Source: Pseudonocardiaceae bacterium (GTDB lineage Bacteria > Actinomycetota > Actinomycetes > Mycobacteriales > Pseudonocardiaceae). From it: a stretch of 64,000 nt of DNA. Shown here piece after piece: positions 7,351-14,798 of the stretch. A program made the translations under genes and the position numbers. The DNA lies in NCBI GenBank assembly GCA_036273855.1, contig DASUGU010000036.1, positions 11,041 to 75,040 of the forward strand, given 5' to 3'. The notes below the pieces were generated by a model. The model had not been told where the DNA came from, searched no databases, and saw only the letters and a program-made list of their open reading frames with translations. Within the stretch, counting starts at the first letter, position 1. Every line of letters begins with the position of its first letter.

Positions 7351-8250
7351 CTACCTTCTACGCGCTTTGCGGGCAGCAGCATATTGCTCGCCTGAGAAGT
7401 CACCGGTCCAGAGGTCTTCGTTGAGCAACAAGAGAATGTCTTTCTCTGTGTCTCTGGTGATGACAAGCTCATCGTCGCTCATGAGAAGACTAGGATCGAG
7501 CCCTCTTTCGCGCATCTTCACCTTCAGTACATCCGGCGTCAATGTAGGAAGGTAGTCACTCTTCAGAATACTGAGCACCTTACGGCGCATCACGCTAGTT
7601 TCGCGAAGTCGCTTCGCCAACCATTCCTTTCCCTCACCGGAGATCGGCAAGGCCCTTGCGAGGTCGCCCACCCACTCGGCTGTCTTCGCGAGAACCGCTT
7701 CACTTTCCTTAAAGATGGCTTCAAAATTGTTTTGGTTTAGAATTGACACGGAACCGGGAAAGATTACGACGTCGTAAGTGTCATCGAAGGCAAGCAACGG
7801 CTGTTCAACCCGAGTCAATGTCTGGTCAAACAGAGCCACAAGGCCCTTCCTGGCAAGCTGGACTGGATTCCGTCGTCTCACGAAGGCAGCCAGATTTTCT
7901 GGATCACGCCCTATGACAAGCGCATACAGCGCCAAGGACCGAGTCCGCAAATCATCCAATGAAACCAACGGCAGTGAGGCGCCTCGCTGAATCACCTCAA
8001 GAAGTGCGGTGTCCAGGAGTTCGTCAAGGCCAGCGTCCAGATGAACAGTTTCGTCATCTTGCTCATCGTTGGGATCGTAGGCTCTTCCTTCATTAGAGGC
8101 GATCTTCGCTAAAGCATCGTTGGCGTACTGTCGCAAGCTCGCAAGTACAGACCCTCCAGCTTTCACAACCCGTCCGTGGGCGTTCTTGCCCGTGCGCCAA
8201 GCCACCACGAGCGATGCCGGAGCACTCAAGTCAAGTTCAGCAACTGCCAT
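7351..8250 (-). CDS. kwaB: KwaB-like protein (DUF4868) of a Kiwa-type defence pair
   Basis: 299-aa ORF placed 18 nt after a 4-TM protein gene. The segment PLLAFDDTYDVVIFPGSVSILNQNNFEAIF matches my recollection of the DUF4868 core. The size and gene order fit kwaA-kwaB. Confidence 0.5.
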   Translation of the reverse strand: MAVAELDLSAPASLVVAWRTGKNAHGRVVKAGGSVLASLRQYANDALAKIASNEGRAYDPNDEQDDETVHLDAGLDELLDTALLEVIQRGASLPLVSLDDLRTRSLALYALVIGRDPENLAAFVRRRNPVQLARKGLVALFDQTLTRVEQPLLAFDDTYDVVIFPGSVSILNQNNFEAIFKESEAVLAKTAEWVGDLARALPISGEGKEWLAKRLRETSVMRRKVLSILKSDYLPTLTPDVLKVKMRERGLDPSLLMSDDELVITRDTEKDILLLLNEDLWTGDFSGEQYAAARKARRR

Positions 8251-8268
8251 GCCCGTCCTGTCGACTGC

Positions 8269-8796
8269 CTACACCCCAGTTGATAGCGCACGTTGGCCTC
8301 GTGGCGTCCGGTCGATCAGTACGTCGTCTCGGAACCGCGTAGCTTCGATAAGTTGGCCCGAGTCTAGGCGCCGCCGCGTAACCAGATAGGCACGTAGCCC
8401 GTGCGTGTCCGTCACTTGTAGCACACGGTAGCCGCAAACGTATAGCAGCGGGTTGATCTGCACTACGGAAGAGTGAAGGTGGATTGACGCGGCCACGGCC
8501 AAGAACGCTCCGTAAGCAACCACGTCGCGGACACTGGGTGTAGAAACCGTCAAAAACGGCAACAGATAGCCGCCCAGGTACGCTCCGGCCTCGGACCCCG
8601 CATCTCGAATCATCTTCAGTTCGTGTGCACCCGGTGCCGATCGCGAGTCCAGTTTAAAGAGCAAGAACAGTGCAGCCACGCCCAGAGCGGCCATGCTGCC
8701 ACAGACGATCACTAGCCAGCCCTGCGTGAACCGGATAGCCAACAGTGCAAAAAGGGGAGAATAGGATGAAAGGAACATCAGCGGCTTGCCAAGCAT
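8269..8796 (-). CDS. kwaA: KwaA-like four-helix membrane protein
   Basis: ORF 8269..8823. The ATG at 8796 is preceded by CCGGAGGGGCC. There are four hydrophobic helices and then a soluble tail of about 60 aa. It lies immediately upstream of the DUF4868-like gene. Confidence 0.45.
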   Translation of the reverse strand: MLGKPLMFLSSYSPLFALLAIRFTQGWLVIVCGSMAALGVAALFLLFKLDSRSAPGAHELKMIRDAGSEAGAYLGGYLLPFLTVSTPSVRDVVAYGAFLAVAASIHLHSSVVQINPLLYVCGYRVLQVTDTHGLRAYLVTRRRLDSGQLIEATRFRDDVLIDRTPRGQRALSTGV

Positions 8797-8822
8797 GGCC
8801 CCTCCGGCGTCTGCGCTGCACA

Positions 8823-8838
8823 TCGAACGTATGTTCGA
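8823..8838 (-). promoter_or_regulatory. perfect actinobacterial LexA (SOS) box upstream of the kwaA-like gene
   Basis: TCGAACGTATGTTCGA equals the consensus TCGAAC-N4-GTTCGA and lies 27 nt upstream of the ATG at 8796. A CATAAT -10-like hexamer (minus strand, 8843..8838) overlaps its edge. Confidence 0.7.
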
Positions 8839-8975
8839 TTATGCTGGTCTGGTCCGACAGAGATCGGGGGAACAGTGCAGAGGCGTTTGGACCCTGCATG
8901 AGCATCCGAGCACCAGGGAGTGTGCCATCCCGTTCACCGAAGGAAGGACAACGACCGACCCCATGGCGACACCTG

Positions 8976-9113
8976 TCAAGGGCGGTAACAATAGGGTTTC
9001 AAATACAAGTCGGTCTCGGTGAAGTCGCAGCGTTCGAACGTGACGCCTCGCCACTCGTGACCGGGCAGTTCGGCGTCGGTGAACAGTTCGTCGACGATGG
9101 TCTCGTCGGTCAC
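8976..9113 (-). pseudogene. 5' fragment of a host pentapeptide-repeat gene truncated by the island
   Basis: The GTG at 9113 overlaps the USP stop (GTGA). It reads VTDETIVDELFTDAELPGHEWRGVTFERCDFTETDL in GC-rich codons. It then runs into AT-rich sequence (YLKPYCYRP) and stops. Confidence 0.6.
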
Positions 9114-9559
9114 GGCACGACCACGACCGGGCGGGTGGCGTGGGCCAGCAGGGATTTCGGGACCGTGCCGAGTAGTCCACCGCGGTGGCGGGATCGGCCG
9201 ACCACGATGCAGTCGGCCCGCCGCTGTTCGGCGATCGCCTCCAGCACCAGTGCCGGTTCACCCTGCCCGTAGAGCATCTCCCAGGCGACACCGCGCTCGT
9301 CGAGCAGCGGCCCGGCCTGCTCACGCAACTCCTGGACGTACTCGGCGGCCGCGTCGGTCGCGGCGGCGCCGCTCATCGCGGTCCAGTAGGCCGGGCTGGA
9401 CAGCACCTCGACGTAGACCACCAGCAGCACACCGCGTTCCCGGCGGGCCAGGCCGGCCGCCCAGGCCGCCGCGTGGGTGGACGGTGGGCTGCCGTCATAG
9501 CCGAGCACGACGGCGCCGACGCCGTCCTTGCCGATCTCGAAAGGAGTCTCCGCGGCCAC
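9110..9559 (-). CDS. universal stress protein (UspA family)
   Basis: 149-aa ORF with VVLGYDGSPPS...ADCIVVGRSRHRGGLLGTVPKSLLAHATRPVVVVP, typical of the USP ATP-binding fold. Confidence 0.85.
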   Translation of the reverse strand: MAAETPFEIGKDGVGAVVLGYDGSPPSTHAAAWAAGLARRERGVLLVVYVEVLSSPAYWTAMSGAAATDAAAEYVQELREQAGPLLDERGVAWEMLYGQGEPALVLEAIAEQRRADCIVVGRSRHRGGLLGTVPKSLLAHATRPVVVVP

Positions 9560-9620
9560 GGGAGCGATCGTAGATGGCGGGCGGAAAATCCGGCGACGGC
9601 CCGATGATCACGATGCCACG

Positions 9621-10334
9621 ATGGCCACCATGACCAGCACCGAACCGAGCGCCTACGACGAGATGGCCGCCGACTACGCCGAGTCCAACACCACCAACGC
9701 GTACAACGGACTGTACGAACGACCGGCATCGCTCGCCCTGCTCGGCGACGTCGCCGGGCAGCGGGTGCTGGACGCCGGGTGCGGGCCGGGCCGGCACGCG
9801 GCGGAGCTGGTCGCCAGGGGCGCCACCGTCACCGGGCTGGACGCCAGCGCCGGGTTGCTGGCCGAGGCCCGCAAGGTGCTCGGCCAGGACGCCGACCTGC
9901 GCGTCGCCGACCTGGTCGAGCCGCTTCCGTTGCCGGACAACACTTTCGACGCGGTGCTGGGATCGCTGGTGATGCACTACATCGAGGACTGGGTACCGAC
10001 TCTGCGGGAGTTCCACCGGGTGCTGGTGCCCGGCGGGCGGTTCGTCATGTCCACCCATCACCCGGCGATGGACCACGCACTGTCCGGTCGGGACAACTAC
10101 TTCGAGACCTACCTGTGGTCCGAGGTGTGGCAGCGGGGTGGGCGGGACGTGACGATGTCGTTCTGGCACCGGCCGCTGCACGCCATCACGGACGCACTGA
10201 CCGCCGGGGGCTTCCAGCTCGACGTGTTGAGCGAGCCGCAGCCGGTGCCGGCCGCGAAGGAACTGTTCCCCAGGGACTGGGCGGTGCTCACCACCGCACC
10301 CCGGTTCCTGTTCCTCGCGGCCCACGCGAGCTGA
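9621..10334 (+). CDS. class I SAM-dependent methyltransferase
   Basis: The ATG at 9621 is in frame with ORF 9528..10334. It has motif I VLDAGCGPGRH and the post-I motif VTGLDAS. Confidence 0.85.
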   Translation: MATMTSTEPSAYDEMAADYAESNTTNAYNGLYERPASLALLGDVAGQRVLDAGCGPGRHAAELVARGATVTGLDASAGLLAEARKVLGQDADLRVADLVEPLPLPDNTFDAVLGSLVMHYIEDWVPTLREFHRVLVPGGRFVMSTHHPAMDHALSGRDNYFETYLWSEVWQRGGRDVTMSFWHRPLHAITDALTAGGFQLDVLSEPQPVPAAKELFPRDWAVLTTAPRFLFLAAHAS

Positions 10335-10337
10335 CCC

Positions 10338-10517
10338 CTACCGGGGCACGATGACCATGCGCAGGCCGACCTCGACGAGCAGCCAGCCGATGCGCTGTCG
10401 GGAGGGCGATCGGGGATGTCGTCGGGTCAGGCGGGGCAGCGATCGCGCTGCCATCGCCGCCGTTCGGACTTCGGCGTAGCGCTCGCGGGCCAGGGCTTCG
10501 GTGCAGGCGGGATTCAT
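10338..10517 (-). CDS. small hypothetical protein (59 aa)
   Basis: The ATG at 10517 lies within ORF 10338..10790 and is divergent from the ArsR-type gene. No family recognised. Confidence 0.25.
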   Translation of the reverse strand: MNPACTEALARERYAEVRTAAMAARSLPRLTRRHPRSPSRQRIGWLLVEVGLRMVIVPR

Positions 10518-10536
10518 CACGTTGTGCAAACTACTC

Positions 10537-10570
10537 CTTGCAAGCCGATGCTTGCAAGCATATATTTGCA
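10537..10570. promoter_or_regulatory. tandem palindromic operator-like repeats in a divergent promoter
   Basis: CTTGCAAG at 10537-10544 and again at 10551-10558 (the second sits in the 10-bp palindrome GCTTGCAAGC). A TTTGCAT follows at 10565-10571 in an AT-rich stretch just upstream of the ATG at 10574. Confidence 0.4.
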
Positions 10571-10573
10571 TAC

Positions 10574-11224
10574 ATGACGGGAGAGATGCCGCAACGCCAC
10601 CACCCCTGGCTCGAGTCGGCGGACGACACGGTGCTCGCGGACACCGCGATCCTGCAGGCAGTCGCCCACCCGCTGCGGATCCGGCTGCTCGGCCTGTTGC
10701 GGCTGCACGGCCCGTCGACCGCCACGAAACTGGCGGCCCAGGTCGGCGAATCCTCCGGCCTGACCAGCTACCACCTGCGCAACCTGGCATCCGCCGGGCT
10801 CGTCACCGACGCCGAACCGGACGATCTCGCCGGCATCCGGCAGACCGGCGGCCGCGAGCGATGGTGGAAGGCGGTCCACCGGTTCACCTCTGTGCCGGCC
10901 ACCCCGGCGCCCGGCGACGAGACGTCCGAGGCGGTCCGGGAGGACTACGTGCGGACCATGCTGGCGAACTACTCGGGCGCGTCGCAGCGCTGGCTGGCGA
11001 CCGCCCACGCCTGGCCCAAACAATGGCGGGACACGGCCGGGTTCAGCGACGTGATCCTCCAGCTCACCCCGGACGAAGCGATCCGCCTGCAGCAGGAGAT
11101 CTACGAGCTCACCGCCAAGTACCGCAGGCACCAGCCCGGTGGGACCGTCGAACCGGACCAGGCGATCATCGCGGCGCAGTTCCTGGTGTTCCCCCACCCG
11201 GACCAGGAGCCGCCGCCCGGCTGA
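10574..11224 (+). CDS. ArsR-type winged-helix transcriptional regulator
   Basis: ATG at 10574. It has ILQAVAHPLRIRLLGLLRLHGPSTATKLAAQVGESSGLTSYHLRNLASAGLV (ArsR HTH_20-like) plus a C-terminal extension. Confidence 0.75.
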   Translation: MTGEMPQRHHPWLESADDTVLADTAILQAVAHPLRIRLLGLLRLHGPSTATKLAAQVGESSGLTSYHLRNLASAGLVTDAEPDDLAGIRQTGGRERWWKAVHRFTSVPATPAPGDETSEAVREDYVRTMLANYSGASQRWLATAHAWPKQWRDTAGFSDVILQLTPDEAIRLQQEIYELTAKYRRHQPGGTVEPDQAIIAAQFLVFPHPDQEPPPG

Positions 11225-11230
11225 ACCGGA

Positions 11231-14200
11231 TCAGCGGAAGTCCCGCGACTTGGTCATGGCCACCTTCATGTCCAGCGGCCGCAACTGGTCGGCGACCAGG
11301 CTCAGCGCCCCGTCCACGTTCTCCAGCACGCCACGCACCAGCAGCGCCTTGCTGTTCCTGGCGGTCCTGCGGTACCGGGTCCACAGGCCGGGCGAGCAGA
11401 CCACGTTGACCATGCCGGTCTCGTCCTCCAGGTTCACGAACGTCACGCCGCCCGCGGTGGCCGGGCGCTGCCGGTGGGTGACGGCACCACCGACCAGCAC
11501 CCGGGTACCGGACGGCACGCCGAGCAGTTCGGCCGCGCGCAGCGCACCGATCTCGGTGAGGTGTTCGCGGACGAACTCGGTGGGGAAACTGGTCGGCGAC
11601 AGGCCCAGCGCCCACACGTCGGCGGCCGCCGTCTCCACCACGTCCATGCCGGGCAGCACCGGGGCGTCGACGCCGACGGCCGTGCCGGGCAACCGGTCCG
11701 GCCGGTCCTGGGCCGCGGCACCCGCCGCCCACAGCGCGGCCCGGCGGCCCACGCCCAGACAGTCGAACGCACCCGCCGTGGCCAGCGACTCCCATTGTGG
11801 CGTGGTCATCCGCACCCTGCGGGCCAGGTCGATCAGGCCGGTGTACGGGCCGTGTGCCGCACGTTCCGCGACGATCGTGTCGGCGAGCTGCTCACCGATC
11901 CGGCGCACCCCGGCCAGGCCGAGCCGGACCGCCTGCCCGCCGGTGCTGTCGGCGGCCGGTTCCAGCATGGGATGGGTGCGGCTGGTGTTCAGGTCGGGGT
12001 TGCGCACCACGACACCGTGCCGGCGGGCATCGGCCACCAGCGACTGCGGCGAGTAGAACCCCATCGGCTGGGCGCGCAGCAACGCGGCGCAGAACGCGGC
12101 CGGGTGGTAGAGCTTGAACCAGGCACTGGCGAACACCAGGTGGGCGAAGCTGAACGCGTGGCTCTCCGGGAAGCCGAAATTGGCGAACGCCAACAGCTTC
12201 TGGTAGATCCGCTCGGCCAGGTCGCCGGTGATCCCGTTGCGGGCCATGCCGTTGAACAACCGGTCCCGCAACCGTTCCATCCGGGCCGTGGACCGTTTGG
12301 CGCCCATCGCCCTGCGCAGCTCGTCGGCGTCCCCGGCGCTGAACCCGGCCACGTCCACCGCGATCTGCATCAACTGCTCCTGGAACAGCGGCACGCCCTT
12401 GGTCTTCTCCAGCGCGTTGCGCATCAGCGGATGGTCGTAGTCCCACTTCTCTTCCTCGTTGTGCCGCCGGATGTACGGGTGCACCGAGCCGCCCTGGATC
12501 GGGCCGGGCCGGATCAGCGCCACCTCGACCACCAGATCGTAGAACTTGCGTGGCTTCAGCCGGGGCAGGGTGGCCATCTGCGCCCTGCTCTCCACCTGGA
12601 ACACGCCCACCGAGTCGGCCCGGCACAACATGTCGTAGACCTCGCTGTTCTTGAGGTCCAGCGCGGCGATGTCGACCGGGATGCCCTCGTGTTCGGCGAC
12701 CAGCTCGGTGGCGTAGCGCAGGGCGGACAGCATGCCCAGGCCGAGCAGGTCGAACTTGACCAGACCGGCGGCGGCGCAGTCGTCCTTGTCCCACTGCAGC
12801 ACGCTGCGGTCGGCCATCCGCGCCCACTCCACCGGGCACACCTCGCTGACCGGCTGGTCGCAGATCACCATGCCGCCGGAGTGGATGCCCAGGTGCCGGG
12901 GGAAGTCCTCGACGTCGGTGGCCAGCCGCACCACGTCCGCCGGGACGTCGTCGAAGTCCTGCTGCGCCTGCCGGACCGGACCCCAGCGGTCCACCTGCCG
13001 GGACCAGGCGTCCTGCTGCCCGGTGGAGTAGCCCAGCGCCTTCGCCATGTCCCGCAGCGCGGACCGGCCCCGGTAGGTGACGACGTTGGCCACCTGGGCG
13101 GTGCAGAGCCGGCCGTACGTCCGGTAGACGTGCTGGATGGCCTCCTCCCGCCGGTCGGACTCGATGTCCAGGTCGATGTCCGGGTAACCGGCGCGTTCCG
13201 GCGACAGGAACCGCTCGAACAGCAGCTTGTGCTCGACCGCGTCCACCTTGGTGATGCCCAGCGCGTAGCAGACGGCCGAGTTCGCGGCCGAACCCCTGCC
13301 CTGGCAGAAGATGCCGTTGCTCTCGCAGAACCGGACGATGTCCCAGACGATCAGGAAGTAGCCGGGGAAGCCCAGGTCCTTGATCACCTTGAGCTCGTGT
13401 TCCAGCTGCCGGTACGCCTCCGGACTGTCCACCGTCGTGCCGTAGCGGGCGCGGGCCCGCTCGTAGACCAGGTAGGTCAGGAACGTGTCCTCGTCGTGGC
13501 CGTCCGGCACCGGGAACGGCGGCAGCTTCGGCGCGACCAGCGTCAGGTCGAACGCGCACTCCAGGCCCAGCTGGGCGGCCCGGTGCACGGCACCGGGATA
13601 GCGGCGGAACCGGTCGGCCATCTCGGCGCCGGACCGCAGGTAGGCCATCGGTGCCGGCGGCAGCCAACCGTCCATTTCGGACAGACTGCGGCGGGCCCTG
13701 ACCGCGGCCAGTGCGGCGGCCAGCCGACCCCGGGCCGGGTGCGAGTAGTGCACGGCGTTGCTGGCCACCGTGGGCAGGCGCAGGTCGGCGGCGATGCCGG
13801 CGAGCAGGTCGTTGCGCTCGGTGTCCCCCGGCACGCCGTGGTCGACGAGCTCCACGTAGACGTGGTCGCGGCCGAACCGGTCGGCGAGGAAGCGCAGCTC
13901 GTCGGCAGCGGCGGCCGGACCGGACTCGGCCAGCGCCCTGCGGACCGGGCCCTTGCGGCAACCGGTCAGCACGGCGCAGTAGTCGCGCATCTCCTCCACG
14001 ACCTCGTCGTCGACCACCACCTCCTCGACGTCGACCATCTCGTCCACGATCTCGTCCACGTAGTAGAGCGGTCTGCCCTTCTCGGTGTCCTTGGTGTCCG
14101 GCAGGTCCGGGGTGCGGCCGAGATGGCCGGTGGTGATGGTGCGGCACAGTCGCCGGTAGCCCTCCTGGCCCCTGGCCAGCAGCACGAGATGGTCACCGAC

Positions 14201-14623
14201 CGGGTCGGCGACGCCGTTCTGCGGTTCGGGCAGGCCGAAGCTCAGCTCGGCGCCGTACGCGGTGTGCACACCCAGTTCCTTGGCCGCCTCGGCGAACCGC
14301 ACCACCCCGTACATGCCGTCGTGGTCGGTCAGCGCGATCGCGTCCAGGCCCAGCCGGGCGGCCTGCTCCACCAGTTCCTCGGGGTGGCTGGCGCCGTCCA
14401 GGAAACTGAAGTTGGAGTGGCAGTGCAGTTCGGCGTAGGGGACGCGCTCGGCGCCCGGGCGGTCCGTCGCCGTCGGCCGGATCTCCGGCGGCGACTCGTA
14501 CTCGGTGCGCCTGCGCGTCCAGGCGGGGCTGTCCCCGCCGTCACCCGAACCGGGCGGTGCGGGCCGACCGGACAGCGCGCGTTCCAGGTCGGCCCACCGC
14601 ACGGGCGGGTTGTTCCAGCCCAT
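11231..14623 (-). CDS. dnaE2: error-prone DNA polymerase III alpha subunit DnaE2
   Basis: The start MGWNNPPVRWADLERAL matches the DnaE2 N-terminus. It has the PHP motif YAELHCHSNFSFLDGAS and polIII alpha motifs throughout. The ORF is open to 14839. Confidence 0.9.
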   Translation of the reverse strand: MGWNNPPVRWADLERALSGRPAPPGSGDGGDSPAWTRRRTEYESPPEIRPTATDRPGAERVPYAELHCHSNFSFLDGASHPEELVEQAARLGLDAIALTDHDGMYGVVRFAEAAKELGVHTAYGAELSFGLPEPQNGVADPVGDHLVLLARGQEGYRRLCRTITTGHLGRTPDLPDTKDTEKGRPLYYVDEIVDEMVDVEEVVVDDEVVEEMRDYCAVLTGCRKGPVRRALAESGPAAAADELRFLADRFGRDHVYVELVDHGVPGDTERNDLLAGIAADLRLPTVASNAVHYSHPARGRLAAALAAVRARRSLSEMDGWLPPAPMAYLRSGAEMADRFRRYPGAVHRAAQLGLECAFDLTLVAPKLPPFPVPDGHDEDTFLTYLVYERARARYGTTVDSPEAYRQLEHELKVIKDLGFPGYFLIVWDIVRFCESNGIFCQGRGSAANSAVCYALGITKVDAVEHKLLFERFLSPERAGYPDIDLDIESDRREEAIQHVYRTYGRLCTAQVANVVTYRGRSALRDMAKALGYSTGQQDAWSRQVDRWGPVRQAQQDFDDVPADVVRLATDVEDFPRHLGIHSGGMVICDQPVSEVCPVEWARMADRSVLQWDKDDCAAAGLVKFDLLGLGMLSALRYATELVAEHEGIPVDIAALDLKNSEVYDMLCRADSVGVFQVESRAQMATLPRLKPRKFYDLVVEVALIRPGPIQGGSVHPYIRRHNEEEKWDYDHPLMRNALEKTKGVPLFQEQLMQIAVDVAGFSAGDADELRRAMGAKRSTARMERLRDRLFNGMARNGITGDLAERIYQKLLAFANFGFPESHAFSFAHLVFASAWFKLYHPAAFCAALLRAQPMGFYSPQSLVADARRHGVVVRNPDLNTSRTHPMLEPAADSTGGQAVRLGLAGVRRIGEQLADTIVAERAAHGPYTGLIDLARRVRMTTPQWESLATAGAFDCLGVGRRAALWAAGAAAQDRPDRLPGTAVGVDAPVLPGMDVVETAAADVWALGLSPTSFPTEFVREHLTEIGALRAAELLGVPSGTRVLVGGAVTHRQRPATAGGVTFVNLEDETGMVNVVCSPGLWTRYRRTARNSKALLVRGVLENVDGALSLVADQLRPLDMKVAMTKSRDFR

Positions 14624-14798
14624 CAGCGCCTCAGGCTCCGGTAGCCGTCCTCCGGGCGGCGCTGACGCGGTAACACCAGCGGATGCGGCGTGTCCACGGC
14701 CGGCAGCCAGACAACAGCCGAACCGTCCACATCGGACGTCTCGTCGGCGAGTTCGTGGAACCACCGGACGTCCCGCCGCCGCGGCTCGTCGAATCTCA

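Larger units (their letters stand above)
1..9005. mobile_element. Lower-G+C mosaic genomic (defence/accessory) island, right end only; left end lies outside the window
   Basis: Sampled 60-nt lines are about 45-62% G+C here versus about 70-75% to the right of 9.0 kb. Gene content is XRE regulators, defence-type genes and orphan enzymes. The right junction truncates a host gene at about 9003-9008. No integrase is visible in the window. Confidence 0.6.

Noticed and set aside
11474-14644. 1056-aa ORF on the plus strand, antisense to dnaE2. Similar giant antisense or out-of-frame ORFs occur at 27275..30694, 34623..36848, 18139..20109, 25077..27254, 49418..51070, 43066..44415 and elsewhere.
   Set aside because: Their Arg/Gly/Pro/His/Ala-dominated, motif-free translations are typical of non-coding frames in >70% G+C DNA. 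Each one overlaps a gene with unmistakable conserved motifs on the other strand or frame.
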